Assembly (NCBI GenBank): GCA_963827655.1
Contig: CAWHCF010000026.1
Coordinates: 256,001-320,000, forward strand
Reading direction: 5' to 3'
Length of the DNA: 64,000 bases
Source: an uncultured Acidobacteriota bacterium
GTDB lineage: Bacteria; Acidobacteriota; UBA6911
Made by a program: the position numbers and the translations under genes. A model generated the notes under the pieces. That model was not told the DNA's origin. It saw only the letters and a program-made list of their open reading frames with translations, and ran no database searches. Shown here piece after piece: positions 21,952 through 33,357 of the stretch; the first letter of the stretch is position 1, and each line of letters opens with the position of its first letter.

Positions 21952-22986
21952 CTACCTCCGCGCTCCGAGTTCCCGGAGCCTCTGATCGAGTCGTGGGTCC
22001 TGCAGAACCTCGCGATTCACGACATCGCGCGGGGTCCGCCCGGATGCAACATCGAGAATCGCGCTGCAAGCGCTCTGGCCGATTCTGCGAAGACACTCGT
22101 CAGTCCAGCAGAGCGCATGCGGGCTCACGATGACCCGGTCCAGCTTCAGGATCGGATCTGCGGGGTCGATCGGCTCGGTCTCAAAGACATCGAGACCTGC
22201 CCCCTGGATCCGGCCGTCGGCGAGCGCGCGTGTCAGCGCCTTCTGGTCAACGATCGGCCCCCGTGCCATGTTGACCAGGTATGCCGTAGGCTTCATCAGG
22301 GCGATCTTCTCCTCATCGATCAAGTGCCGGGTTTTGGGCGTCAGCGCGCAGAGGATGCAGACGAAATCCGCCTCGCGCATCAGCGACTCCAGGTCGACCA
22401 GTTCGACCCCGATGGCGGCGAGAGACTCGGCGCTCACGTACGGATCGTAGACGATCTGACGCATCTCTAGCGGGCGAGCCAGGGCGAGAAGCTCGCGGCC
22501 TATGTTGCCCGCCCCCACCACGCCGAGTGTCCGTCCCGTCAGTCCCATCCCCATGTGATCGAGCTTCTCGGCCCATCGGCCGGCTCGTGTCAGGCGGTCC
22601 TTGATCAGCAGCTTGTGGCTGAGCGCCAGGATCAGCGTCAGAGCGGCTGCCGCCACCGGCCGCCGCACGCCGTCGGGAGCAATCGTGAGGATTGTGACAT
22701 TGCGGGTGCAGGCTTCGACATCAACCGTGTCATAGCCCACACCGAAGCGGGCTATGATTGCCAGGCGGCCCGCCTCCGCCAGTGTGGCCGCGGTCACTCG
22801 CGGAGCCAGCACCAGAAGCGCATCGTAGTCCCGAACCTGATCGCTTCGAAGCTCGCGGCTGTTCTCGGCCAGGAACTCATACTCCACATCGGGATTCTCA
22901 TGGAACAGACTGAGGCCAATGTCACCGAAGCTGAGGGTGCCATCGGGCCTGAGGAAGTCGCGCGTGATACCGATCCGGAATGTCAT
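21952..22986 (-). CDS. D-2-hydroxyacid dehydrogenase (PGDH-like)
   Basis: RFGVGYD, GAGNIG, NMARGPIVD, GLDVFETEP, SPH. Confidence 0.9.
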   Translation of the reverse strand: MTFRIGITRDFLRPDGTLSFGDIGLSLFHENPDVEYEFLAENSRELRSDQVRDYDALLVLAPRVTAATLAEAGRLAIIARFGVGYDTVDVEACTRNVTILTIAPDGVRRPVAAAALTLILALSHKLLIKDRLTRAGRWAEKLDHMGMGLTGRTLGVVGAGNIGRELLALARPLEMRQIVYDPYVSAESLAAIGVELVDLESLMREADFVCILCALTPKTRHLIDEEKIALMKPTAYLVNMARGPIVDQKALTRALADGRIQGAGLDVFETEPIDPADPILKLDRVIVSPHALCWTDECLRRIGQSACSAILDVASGRTPRDVVNREVLQDPRLDQRLRELGARR

Positions 22987-22987
22987 A

Positions 22988-24700
22988 CTACTTCCGATAC
23001 ACCACCTGGCCGCCGACCATGGTGTAGAGCACCTCGGTGGCGGGAATCTCGTCTTCAGCCACGCTCATGATGTCCTTGGAAAGCACGGTGATATCCGCCA
23101 CCTTGCCCGGACTCAAAGAACCCTTGATGTCTTCTTCGAAGGCGGCGTAGGCGGCATTGAGCGTGTATGATCGGAGCGCTTCTTCCCGGCTCATTCGCTG
23201 GCTGGGAAAGAAGACGGAGCCGTTGTTCAGTTTTCGCGAGACCGAAGCATGAAAGCTGGCAATCGGACTCACGTCTTCGACCGGCGCGTCGGTGCCGTTG
23301 ACGACCACGGCGCCCGATTTCATCAACTTCTGCCAGACATAAGCGCCTTCCTTCGCCCGGTTTTCTCCCAGCCGGGCCAGAACGTAAGGGGCATCCGAGG
23401 TGCAGTGAATGCCCTGCATCGAGGCGATAACATTCAATTGTCCGAACCGGGCAATATCCGCGGCGGCCAGGTGCTGGGCATGTTCGACGCGCCAGCGCAG
23501 GTCCTTCTTTTCGGGGTGCGACTTGAAGGTTCTTTCGAATACATCCAGCGTTTCCCGGTTGGCCCGGTCTCCGATCGCATGGACGCATAGCTGGAATCCG
23601 TTCTCGACCGCAAGCCGCGCAGTTTCGGCGAGCTCTCCAACCGGAGTGGTGTTCAGCCCGGTGCTCGAAGGGAGGTCGGAGTATGGTTCAAGCAGCCACG
23701 CGCCGCGCGGACCCAGCGCTCCGTCAATCGATTTCTTGATGGCGCGCACGGTCAGGCGCTTGCCTGCAGAGTTGATCCACCGATACTTGGGGAGATTCTG
23801 CGCCAGGCTTGCGTTGGTTTCTCGCACCATGACCCAGAGTCTCAAGCCGAGCTTGCCTTCCTCAGCCAGCTCCTTGAGCAGGTCGATCGTGGCAAAGGAA
23901 GAGCCTGCGTCCTGGAAACTCGTGACGCCTTGCGCAAGGCACTCCTGGATTGCCAGCTCTATTTCCTTGCGCGCCTGGGCTTGAATCTGCTCGGGAGAAC
24001 GCCGGCTGCGCGCCTGGGCCAGGGCTTTGCTGACCAGCCCCGCCGCCGTCTCGCGCAAAACTCCCGTGGGCCTGCCCTGCGTGTCCCGGAGAATCTCGCC
24101 CCCTGGCGGATTGGGAGTGTTTTTGTCGATGCCGGCGAGCGCCAGGGCGCGCGCATTGGCGAAGGCGGCGTGGCCGCTGGCGTGAGTGAGTAGAACCGGA
24201 TTGTTGGGAGAGACCTTCGAGATGGACTCTTGGGTCGGAAAGCCTTCCACGTTGGGCGCCGGTTTCTTATCCCATTTCTCCTGGTGCCAGCCTCGCCCGA
24301 GGATCCAGTCGCCCGGTTGTGCTCGCGTCACGGATTCGGCGACCATCGAGACCACCTGATCCCAGTTCTTGACCGTCATCAGATTGAGGCTCATCCTGGC
24401 CGAACCAAGGCCGGTCAGGTGGCCGTGCCCTTCAATGAAGCCCGGAATAGCCAGTTTTCCAGCCAGATCGATGACCTGCGTCGACTTCCCGATGTGCTGC
24501 TGCACTTCCTGATTGCTGCCGACTGCAAGGATAGTGTCCCCTCGAATCGCCAGCGCCTCGGCGGACGGTTTGGTCCGATCCATGGTGACGATCTTGCCAT
24601 TTCGCAAGACCGTGTCGGCCGGCTGCGCGCGAGCATTCGCCCACGCCAGGACCATCAGAAGCGCAAGGAGCATGGATCGATGACGAGCCCGATTGAGCAT
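22988..24700 (-). CDS. Secreted amidohydrolase_3 (YtcJ-like)
   Basis: PGFIEGHGH, HAIGDRA, RVEHAQ, GTDAPVE, KGSL.PGK.AD; signal peptide. Confidence 0.9.
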   Translation of the reverse strand: MLNRARHRSMLLALLMVLAWANARAQPADTVLRNGKIVTMDRTKPSAEALAIRGDTILAVGSNQEVQQHIGKSTQVIDLAGKLAIPGFIEGHGHLTGLGSARMSLNLMTVKNWDQVVSMVAESVTRAQPGDWILGRGWHQEKWDKKPAPNVEGFPTQESISKVSPNNPVLLTHASGHAAFANARALALAGIDKNTPNPPGGEILRDTQGRPTGVLRETAAGLVSKALAQARSRRSPEQIQAQARKEIELAIQECLAQGVTSFQDAGSSFATIDLLKELAEEGKLGLRLWVMVRETNASLAQNLPKYRWINSAGKRLTVRAIKKSIDGALGPRGAWLLEPYSDLPSSTGLNTTPVGELAETARLAVENGFQLCVHAIGDRANRETLDVFERTFKSHPEKKDLRWRVEHAQHLAAADIARFGQLNVIASMQGIHCTSDAPYVLARLGENRAKEGAYVWQKLMKSGAVVVNGTDAPVEDVSPIASFHASVSRKLNNGSVFFPSQRMSREEALRSYTLNAAYAAFEEDIKGSLSPGKVADITVLSKDIMSVAEDEIPATEVLYTMVGGQVVYRK

Positions 24701-24762
24701 TTGTGGAATCACGATTGGAGTCTTTGCGCCTTGGCGGTGGCTTCTGGGTTCGCGGCCGCCAC

Positions 24763-26220
24763 TCAGGCCGGCACGGCGCCGAGACCTGGGCCTGTGAGAG
24801 TGCTGGTTTGCAACGTGCCTTCTTTGATGCGAAAGATTCCAGGGAATCTTGCTTCCCAGGGCTGATTCGCGGCGGGCACGTACTGCCGCGCATTGGCCTC
24901 TATCCCCGAAGAGCCCGGCACGTGAGCCGCGAGACCGGCCGAGTGGATCAGCGCCGCGCCCGGACAGGTGAGATCCTGAACGCAGAGAAACATCTTGTGC
25001 TTCTGCGCCGCCGCGCCCATCAGCAGCGCCTGGCTCTGTCCCTTGCACGCCTTGAGCGCCGCGCCCGTGTAGCCCATCTCTCTTGCCAGCATCAGGCTTT
25101 CCAGGTCGGTCAGCGACTCGTCGATTACCACCGGGCGCAGCTGTGAGGCCTGGTGCATCACGTTCGACCGATTCGCCTTCAGGTCTCGCGCAGTGGGCTG
25201 TTCGACATACTGAATGCGATAGAATCCCTTTTCAGTCTGTTCTTTCACCTTCCGGAGGAATTCGAGGACGAAGGCGACATTCGGACAATTCTCGTTGAAG
25301 TCGAGGCAGTAGAACCACTCGTCTACGCCGCGTTTCTTCTGAGTTTCGGCCGTTACGCGATCGATTCGGACGGTGCGGTCGATGTCTCCCGCCAGATCCT
25401 CGCCGTTCAACTTGATCTTGACGCGAATCAGACCGTTGTACTGAATCCAGTCCGGCAGCGTTTCAGGAAGGCCGTCGTTGAGGCGGTGCTTGAGGTCGGC
25501 GTCCGTTATCGCGTCTCCAGCTCCTACCGAATGGAACAGCGGCGTGCGCGGCGCCGGTTGCCGCTTCACGTACTGTTCCAGGTACTCTCCGGCGAAGTCG
25601 CGCCCGAGATAACGGGAGAGATCGTAATTGAAGAAGTCAGGGCCGTAGGTGGAATAGCAATTCAGGCCATGGAGTTTGCCGAACGCATCGTGGATGGCGG
25701 CATCGAACGGACTGGCGGTCACCTGGGTACAGAGTTTGGGAATCGGCGCAGCCAGCTTCAATTGTCTGGAAACTTCTTCGGCGGCCTTGAGGTATTCCGG
25801 TTCCAGCTCGCTGTTTATTTCTACCGGATGCCCCCATATTTTGCCGGCGGCCGTAATTTTCGAGACCCGGTCCGCCAGGACTTTCATCGCCCCGAGCGTC
25901 GTGTCGTACGACATGGTTTTCGAGGGAAAAGCCCAGACGTTGCCGAGCGGCATGGCTGCGAATCCCTTTGCCACGCGGCCATTCCTGGCATGAACTGTGC
26001 AGCGGACATTCAGGATCGTGGCGCGATCGACTGTTCTGCCGCCGAACTGGTAGGGCGCGCGGTATCGGAACTCATCGTACTGGTACGAGACGTCATCGAT
26101 GATGATGTCAGTGGGCTTCGAGGAGCGCATGGCGAAACTGAACGGTCCTGCGCTCCTCAAACAGACGATGGGCGAAACGACGGCGGCCTGTATGAGACGT
26201 CGCCGAGTCCACTTGGTCAT
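24763..26220 (-). CDS. Enolase-superfamily (mandelate racemase-like) protein with Tat-like signal
   Basis: KIKL, LDFNE, VEQP, IDES metal ligands; TRRRLI N-terminus. Confidence 0.8.
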   Translation of the reverse strand: MTKWTRRRLIQAAVVSPIVCLRSAGPFSFAMRSSKPTDIIIDDVSYQYDEFRYRAPYQFGGRTVDRATILNVRCTVHARNGRVAKGFAAMPLGNVWAFPSKTMSYDTTLGAMKVLADRVSKITAAGKIWGHPVEINSELEPEYLKAAEEVSRQLKLAAPIPKLCTQVTASPFDAAIHDAFGKLHGLNCYSTYGPDFFNYDLSRYLGRDFAGEYLEQYVKRQPAPRTPLFHSVGAGDAITDADLKHRLNDGLPETLPDWIQYNGLIRVKIKLNGEDLAGDIDRTVRIDRVTAETQKKRGVDEWFYCLDFNENCPNVAFVLEFLRKVKEQTEKGFYRIQYVEQPTARDLKANRSNVMHQASQLRPVVIDESLTDLESLMLAREMGYTGAALKACKGQSQALLMGAAAQKHKMFLCVQDLTCPGAALIHSAGLAAHVPGSSGIEANARQYVPAANQPWEARFPGIFRIKEGTLQTSTLTGPGLGAVPA

Positions 26221-26268
26221 GGTCGATTCGTCAAGTTTTTGCGTCTTCGCGTCTCAGCGGTAAGAGCG

Positions 26269-27609
26269 CTAAACCTTATCAGGGACGACGTAGGGCGCGC
26301 GATAGCGGCGCGACAGATAACTGTCGGCTTGCTGATCGCCCACGAAACACTCGGTGTTGGGATCGAACACCAGCTGTCGCTTCAATCGATGCGCGATGTT
26401 GGACAGATGGCAGAATACCGTCGAGCGATGCCCTTCCTCGATGTCGGCATTCAGATCCGATAGTTTTCGTGACCGCATGGCGTCCGTGAAGTTCTTGAAG
26501 TGTGGCGAATCCCCGGTCCCCTTGAGGTTCATAGGATCGGCCGCCCCCTCCTTCGATTCCATGCTCGGTCCTGGCTGATTCTTGCGTCCAAGGTAGGTCC
26601 GCCAGGTTGATCCGTTCAGGTGCATCCAGCCCTTGGATCCGTAGAACAGGTTTCCGATCGTGATCCCGTCTTCGGCATTGGTGTAGAGTCCGCGCACCTC
26701 AAACTGGAGAATCTTGCCGTCGGCAAATTCGAGGGTTGCCATTTGAGTATTCGGTGTCTCCTGATCGCAATCGAAGACGAAGTAACCCCCGGCGCAGTGA
26801 ATCTTGGCCGGGTAGTCGTGCTTGTTCATTCCCCATCGAGCGATATCCATCTGGTGCGGCCCCTGATTCCCCAGGTCGGTGCAGCCATAGTCCCAGAACC
26901 AGTGCCAGTTGTAATGGAACCGATTCTCGTTAAAAGGACGATAGGGCGCCGGGCCCAGCCACAGATCGTAATTCACCCCTTCCGGAACAGGGCCGTTTTG
27001 CTTTCTTCCGATGCTCTCTCTCGCTTTGAAGCAGAGCCCCTTGGCCATGTAGATGTCGCCGATCCCGCCTTCATGGAGAAACTTGATGGCTGCCCGAACG
27101 TTGGCATTGCTTCTATTCTGCATGCCCGCCTGCACGATCCGGTTATGCTTGCGCGCCGCTTCCACCATCTTTCTTCCTTCCCAGATGTTGTGCGACGTCG
27201 GCTTCTCCACGTAAACATCCTTGCCTGCCTGGCACCCCCAGATGGTGGCCAGGGCGTGCCAGTGATCCGGAGTGGCGATTGAGATCGCGTCGACTTCTTT
27301 GTCGTCGAGCACCCGGCGAAGATCAGTTTCGGTCTTCGGCTTCTTCGGTGAAAGTTTTTCCATGTTCGAGAGCGCCTTGGGAAACTCGCGCTCGTCGATG
27401 TCGCACAGGTAGCTGACTTCCACGTTGGGGATCTTGGCCCATTCGCTGTAGTGGGACTCCCCGCGTCCGCGGATTCCTATGACGGCAATGTGGATCGTAT
27501 CGTTGGGACTGTTGTTGGCGGACGACCTTCTGACCACGGGACCGGCCGCGAGAGCGGCTGCCACGCTCCCGGTATTCCTCAAGAAGTTTCGGCGATTTAT
27601 CGATTTCAT
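26269..27609 (-). CDS. Tat-signal Gfo/Idh/MocA oxidoreductase
   Basis: NRRNFLR, IGIRGRG, ATPDHWH, VYVEKP, NQGPHQMD. Confidence 0.92.
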   Translation of the reverse strand: MKSINRRNFLRNTGSVAAALAAGPVVRRSSANNSPNDTIHIAVIGIRGRGESHYSEWAKIPNVEVSYLCDIDEREFPKALSNMEKLSPKKPKTETDLRRVLDDKEVDAISIATPDHWHALATIWGCQAGKDVYVEKPTSHNIWEGRKMVEAARKHNRIVQAGMQNRSNANVRAAIKFLHEGGIGDIYMAKGLCFKARESIGRKQNGPVPEGVNYDLWLGPAPYRPFNENRFHYNWHWFWDYGCTDLGNQGPHQMDIARWGMNKHDYPAKIHCAGGYFVFDCDQETPNTQMATLEFADGKILQFEVRGLYTNAEDGITIGNLFYGSKGWMHLNGSTWRTYLGRKNQPGPSMESKEGAADPMNLKGTGDSPHFKNFTDAMRSRKLSDLNADIEEGHRSTVFCHLSNIAHRLKRQLVFDPNTECFVGDQQADSYLSRRYRAPYVVPDKV

Positions 27610-27860
27610 CTTCGTTTCCTTCCTCCTCCTCTGCTCTAAGAGGTAAAACGCCTGCCTGGGCGGATATCGCTCTGAAGTCTGACTATTATAGTCCTAGGGC
27701 GCAAAAATGACAGTGCTTTTCCTATTCTCACACCTGCGAGACGCGGATCTCGAACAACCGCGCCGACCACGGGCACGTTCCATACGCCGTACGGGAATGC
27801 GGTTTCCCCACGAGGGCGAAGCAAGCTTCGGCACCAGGCGGATCAAGTTGCCTCGATCGC

Positions 27861-28646
27861 TCAGCGGCCGAGGATGGCCACGATTCTTAACGGCCCGCCG
27901 CTTCCACCCTGGATTTTCATGGGCAGGGCGATAACCTGGAAGCCTTTCTCAGGCAGCTCCTCCAGGCGGGCGACATTCTCAAAGGCCGGAATGCCCGCTT
28001 TAAACAGAATCTGATGGCTTTCGTATAACCGGGACTGACCCCGATCGATGCTCGGGGTATCGAGCCCGATCGCTGCTATCTTGCGATTCTCGACCAGCCA
28101 TTTTGCGCCCGCAGGATCCAGGCCCGGAAAGTGCAGTTCCGCTACAGCCTCGCGGCCGCGCCGGTCGGTTCCCAGGTACTTCTTGCGATCGGGATAGAAC
28201 TTCCCCCATCCGGTTCGGAGTAGCACGATCGTATGGTCCGGGATGCGACCGTTCTTCTTCTCCCAATGGGTCAGGTCCTGAACCGATACAAGATAGTCCC
28301 GATCGTTCGCGGCGCGAGCCTGCACGTCGACTACAATTCCGGGTGCGATCAGCCGTTCCAGCGCAATCTGATCCACTGTCGCCATGCCCTGAGCGAAGTG
28401 AACCGGCGCATCGATGTGGGTTCCTCCGTGTTCCGCGGCGCAGAAGCTGTTGGCCGCGTAGTAGTAGCCTTTTTCGGTCAACCCCGCAGCCTCGACCTTC
28501 AGTCGAAATCCTTCTTCGGTCGGCCAGTAGATCGTCTGCTCCGAGAATGAGTGAGTGAGGTCAATGAGCTTAGGGGATGGTGTTTGAGCCATTCCGAAGC
28601 AGGCAGGCAGGAACAGCCAGGAAAAGGTCAGGAGATGGTTTTTCAT
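27861..28646 (-). CDS. Secreted cyclase-family (kynurenine formamidase-like) protein
   Basis: HGGTHIDAPVHF, IGLDTPSID, PMKIQGGSGGPLR. Confidence 0.9.
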   Translation of the reverse strand: MKNHLLTFSWLFLPACFGMAQTPSPKLIDLTHSFSEQTIYWPTEEGFRLKVEAAGLTEKGYYYAANSFCAAEHGGTHIDAPVHFAQGMATVDQIALERLIAPGIVVDVQARAANDRDYLVSVQDLTHWEKKNGRIPDHTIVLLRTGWGKFYPDRKKYLGTDRRGREAVAELHFPGLDPAGAKWLVENRKIAAIGLDTPSIDRGQSRLYESHQILFKAGIPAFENVARLEELPEKGFQVIALPMKIQGGSGGPLRIVAILGR

Positions 28647-28658
28647 AGGCAATCCCAA

Positions 28659-28891
28659 GGGCTCGCGCAGAAATAACTTCACATTCTGGCGCGAGAGTCG
28701 GTGGTCAATCATGAATCGGTTTCTGTTAGTTAAGCACGGCGAGGATCGCGCCCCTTCGGGCTGCGGCCCGCAGGCCCGCTGGCTTTGTTGCTCGCTCCTC
28801 ACGTACCGCACCGGGTACGCATCGTCGCTCGCGCCTCGCCAGCGGGCCTGGGGGCCTGCAGCAGAATGCGAACTTATTTCTGCGCGAACCC
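28659..28891. mobile_element. MITE copy 2 (inverted relative to copy 1, with an extra internal hairpin)
   Basis: TIRs GGGCTCGCGCAGAAATAA / TTATTTCTGCGCGAACCC; flanks CAA/TAA. Confidence 0.8.
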
Positions 28892-28920
28892 TAACAGGCC
28901 GTCGGGCCGAGCGTTCCTGA

Positions 28921-29823
28921 TCATACGGCGAGGGCGCGAATCACGGCCGGCTCGGTTTCTCCGGGTTTGCGCTTCACCGTCCAGTTGCCGCGAACCAGCA
29001 TCGCCACGACAACCAGGTTGACAAGCGCCACGAGGATGCCTGATTCGCCGACCCAGACGGACTTCCCCTGGGTAGAGGCGTCGAACACACCCTGGATGAT
29101 GGCATTCCACGCAGCATGCACAAGGGTAGCCGGCCAGACGCTACCCGACTCGAGCCGGAGGCGGGCCGCCAGGTAGGCGAAAACGGTGATGTTCAAGAGA
29201 AAGATGCAGGCAGACAGAGCCGGGTAGGGTCCCGACGCGTACTGCCCGCTCAGTATGAGCGGCAGATGCCACAGCCCCCAGATCAGGCCGCTCGCCAGAA
29301 CCGGCCGGGGAATCTTTGCGTCGATCAGCCGCGTCAACATGTATCCCCGCCAGCCGATCTCTTCTCCCGCAGCGAACAGCGTCCCGAAGACAGTAGCAAG
29401 GCTGAAAGTGAGGGCGAGTAGCACTCCGAACCGGGTTAAAGGAGGCGCGAGCTGCAGGTTGAATGGTTCCAGGAGTGGCGGTGAGAAGACGGATAGACCG
29501 GCAAGCCAGGCGAATCCGTAGGACGGTCCCCCTACGGCCAGCGGATAAATCCAGGCAACCAGAAGGGCCTTGGCGCCTTTGACTCCGCCAAACCGGAACG
29601 ACACATCTCGAATGCCTTCGCGCAGCAAAATTCGCGCGATGAATGAAGCGAGTGCAGGCACCCACATCAGCGCGAATACGAGTCCGAGATGCTTTTCGAT
29701 CGGGTCCCCGGTCCTCAGAAGCAGCCATTCCAGTAACGCGGATGCTGGAACAAGCACCGAAAAATAGATCGCAAGCCCCTGCCGGGCGCGCTGGACACTC
29801 TGGCTCATGAAACTCTCGACCAC
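28921..29823 (-). CDS. CPBP (CAAX/Abi) intramembrane metalloprotease
   Basis: GEEIGWRGY, WGLWH, HAAWN motifs. Confidence 0.92.
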   Translation of the reverse strand: MVESFMSQSVQRARQGLAIYFSVLVPASALLEWLLLRTGDPIEKHLGLVFALMWVPALASFIARILLREGIRDVSFRFGGVKGAKALLVAWIYPLAVGGPSYGFAWLAGLSVFSPPLLEPFNLQLAPPLTRFGVLLALTFSLATVFGTLFAAGEEIGWRGYMLTRLIDAKIPRPVLASGLIWGLWHLPLILSGQYASGPYPALSACIFLLNITVFAYLAARLRLESGSVWPATLVHAAWNAIIQGVFDASTQGKSVWVGESGILVALVNLVVVAMLVRGNWTVKRKPGETEPAVIRALAV

Positions 29824-30266
29824 GAATCTTACGACAAATTTTTATCGGCGTCTTGGTGTCTTAGTGCGGTTTCATGAATACGGCAAAAGTGCCTGTAGGG
29901 GAAGACGTAGGCTAGGCGAAGCGGGAATGGGGGAGAGAAAGAGAGTCGAACGGTTTGAGGATCTGATTGGGTCTGTGGACGCGGATCAGAGGCTGTCGCA
30001 AAACCCCGTCCATGTGCGGACGGGCTATCAAGCCCGTCTTCGGCCCTGGAGGGGCATTCCTGAACTTTTAAGGTAGGCATAGCGATTACGTAACTTGCGA
30101 CGGGCCCAATGGCCCGTCGCCACAGCGTGCTCGGAAAGTGTCACGCGTACTTGGAGACGGCGGACTTACGAGCTAGGCGGAATGAAGTTTCGACGGGCGG
30201 CGCTTCGAGTGCGCCTGATCCGGCCTGTCGCGTGTTGGTCGCGGGGTTATTGCAGCGTGATCGGGT

Positions 30267-32937
30267 TCACTCCTGGCGCAGCGACTGCGCGGGATCGATC
30301 CTGAGCACCCGCCGTGCGGGCACGTAGCAGGCCGCCATTGCGACAAGCGTGAGGCCGAGCGCCACGGCCAGCAGCGTCGAGTGGATCCGATGGCGACACG
30401 CCCACAAGCGCAGCCCGAATCAAGCCGCCCGCCACGTAGACGCCCGGCGCGCCGATCAGCACCCCCAGGCCCACGAGCCGAGCGCCCTCGCCCAGCACGA
30501 GTCGAAGGACGGTACGGTGATCGGCGCCGAGCGCGAGCCGCACGGCAAGCTCGTGACGGCGTCGCGTAACCGATCCCGAGATCACGCCGAACAAGCCCAT
30601 CGCGGCGAGGAGCAGCGCGCCGAGCGCAAAGCCGGCGACGAGCACCGCGCTGACACGCTGCTGGCGAAGCGCGTCGCCGACGATCTCGTCCATGGTCCGC
30701 ACATCGGCGAGCGCGAGTCGCGGGTCGATACGCCGGATTGCCGCTCGCACGTCCGGGACGAGGCTGTGCGGTTCACGCCCGGCGCGGAGCACGAACGACA
30801 GCGTGCGGTAGCCCCAGTCCTCGGCGCGCACGAAGAGCTGCGGACGGCCGTCCTGATGGACGTCGTACAGCCGAGCCTGCCCGACGACGCCGACGATGGT
30901 CAGCGAACGATCGCGGAACGGGATCTTTGCGCCGAGCGGGTTGCCGGTCGGAAAGAACTGCCTCGCGAGGAGGCCGTCGATCAACGCCTCGCGCACGTCG
31001 TCGCGGCGCGCGTGGTCGAAGGCGCGGCCGGCAAGCAGCCGCATGCCCATGACCTCGACATAGGCCGCGCGGGTGCCGATGTAATCGACGAGCGGCGCGT
31101 CCCGATCGGCATCGCCGGTGTTCCCGGGCGCGCCCGGGATTCTGATCGTATTCTGACTGGCGGAGGCCGTGAGCGGCAGCGCAGATGTGGCGCTCACGCC
31201 CGTGACGCCGGGTATCGCCGCAAGCGCGTCCTCGACCCGGGCCTGGAGCGCGAGGGCGTCGGCGATTTCCGGGAAGATCTGGGACGGCATGGGCACGCGC
31301 ATGGTGAGGACGCCCTCCGGCTTGAAGCCCGGGTCCGCACCGAGCAGCCGCTCGAAGCTCCGCACCACCAGGCCGCCGGCGCTGAGCAGCACGAATGTCA
31401 GGGCAACCTGCGCGACCACCATGCCGCGTCGCATGCGGCCGTGACCGCCGCCGCCCCGCACGGCGCTTGCCGCGAGCAGCGACGACAGCGACGCGCGCGC
31501 CGCCCACACCGCGGGCGCGGTCGCGGCAATCAGACCGAGCAGCACACCCACGCCGATGACCATGGCTCCGATGCCCCAGTCGACCACGATCGCTTCGCGG
31601 CGCGGCAGGTCGAGCGGCGCGAGCGCGACGAGCGTGCGCGTGCCCCAGATGGCCGCCAGCGCGCCCGCCACGCCGCCCAGGAGACCCAGCAGCCCGCCCT
31701 CGATGAGGGTCGCGCGTACGATGACGGCGCCGTTGGCCCCGAGCGCGCGCGACACCGCGAACTCGTGCTCACGCTCGGCCGCGCGCGCCAGCAACACCGA
31801 CGCGAGATTCACCATCAACACGAGCACCAGGAACACGCCGGCGAAACCGAGGACGAGGAGGGCGGGGCGGACGCGGGAAACCAGGTCGGGCTTGAGCCCG
31901 ACCGGATACAACTTCAGGCCCCGGCCCTTGAAGTCACGCGCGTCGACGGCTCTGCCGACGGCGGCCACGGCGGCCGCCACGGCCTGCGGCGACGTGCCGC
32001 GGCGCGCGCGGATCAGACCCGCGTAGGATCCGGCGCCCGGATTGGTCTCCTTGAGATTGACGCTGAACGTGACATACGCGTCGGCGGGCTGCGGCGGCCC
32101 TAGACTGGCGTTCTGGACGAACGCGAAGGTCGGCGGCATCACACCGATAATCGTGTGCGGCTGCCCGTTCAATCGCACGTCCGTGCCCACGATCGATGGA
32201 TCGGCGCCGAGCCGGTTCCACAGCCCGTGCGTCAGCACGATCAGCGCCGGGCGGCCTGGGCCCGCTTCGCTCGAGGCGAAACCCCGACCGAGTGCCGGGC
32301 CCACACCGAGCAGCTCGAAGAGGTTCGGCGTCGTGACCATCACGGTGATCTCGGTCGGGTCGATGCCCTCCCGCGCGGAGAATGTTTGCCGCGTTCGCAG
32401 CAGACCCACGGCGTCCTCGATGACGCCGCCGGACTGCTGCAGTTCCGCGATGTCCGTCCCGCCGAGCCAGCCTCGGTTGAGGTCGAAGTACGCCGTGTAG
32501 TCGCGCCAGACGAAGTAAAGATCGTCCGGATTCCGGTACGGCATGGGTTCGATGAGGATCTTCTGGACCACCGTATAGACGACCGCGAATGCGCCTAGTC
32601 CTACCGTCAGCGTCCCCACCATGGCCGCGGTCAACGCCGGCGAGCGCATCAGCCGGCGGGCCACCCTCTCCATATCCCGGCCCCAGTTGCCGCCGCGCCG
32701 CCACGCTGCCGCGGGCCGCGCGCGCTCGCCCGGACCGCTGCGCACCGAGTCGGCAAGCGCGTTCAACCACACGCCTGCGAGCCGAATGATGCCGCCGCGG
32801 TTCAGCGCCTCACGCGCGCGGTCCCGGTACGTCTCCACCATCGAGCCGCCCATATCGTCGCGGAAGTCGGGCGGGTAAAGCCGCAGCAGGAGCCTGAACC
32901 AGCGCTCGGACGCATTCATCAGGCGCTCGTCCTTCAT
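30267..32937 (-). CDS. Duplicated (ADOP/MacB-like) ABC permease (frameshift near 30380)
   Basis: Two FtsX-like halves with REFAVSRALGA / RHELAVRLALGA; corrected end PARRVLRIDPAQSLRQE. Confidence 0.88.
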
Positions 32938-33287
32938 TTCGTTACCCTCGTGAGCAGGCCGCCGATCCGCGCCGCCCGCGTCAGCGCTTCCAGCCGCCGC
33001 GCCTCCGCCCTCGCCACGCGCAGGCCTGCAGCCGTGATGCGGTAGTAGTTGCGCCGCTCGTCGCCCGCGTCCGGCGCCGGCCGGCGGGCCGCCGCCTCGA
33101 TGAGCCGATTCTCCACCATGCGCGCCAGCGCCCGGTACATCGTGCCCACGTCGGGCACCCCTGTCTCGCCACGCGCCTGAATGTCCTTGATGATCCCGTA
33201 GCCATGCCGCTCGCCAGCAGCGAGGCTGAGCAGGATGTGAAACTCGACCATCCGTAGCGGCATGCTGCGGTCCCTGTCCATTGCCAT
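32934..33287 (-). CDS. PadR family transcriptional regulator
   Basis: HILLSL...RHGYGI...GTMYRAL.RM...RRNYYRIT; ATGA-coupled to the permease. Confidence 0.92.
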   Translation of the reverse strand: MAMDRDRSMPLRMVEFHILLSLAAGERHGYGIIKDIQARGETGVPDVGTMYRALARMVENRLIEAAARRPAPDAGDERRNYYRITAAGLRVARAEARRLEALTRAARIGGLLTRVTK

Positions 33288-33317
33288 AGCGTCACCTCGC
33301 CAGCACCGGTGTGTGAG

Positions 33318-33357
33318 TGTGCAGCACATATATGCACTACGCATACATAGCTGTCAA
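33318..33357 (-). promoter_or_regulatory. PadR promoter with candidate autoregulatory operator
   Basis: TTGACA (33357-33352) and inverted repeat TATGC-n5-GCATA (33331-33345). Confidence 0.55.

Noticed and set aside
19114-32103. Long antisense ORFs (e.g. 19114-20562, 25153-26463, 30349-32103)
   Set aside because: Shadow ORFs of real GC-rich genes on the opposite strand with no recognisable motifs
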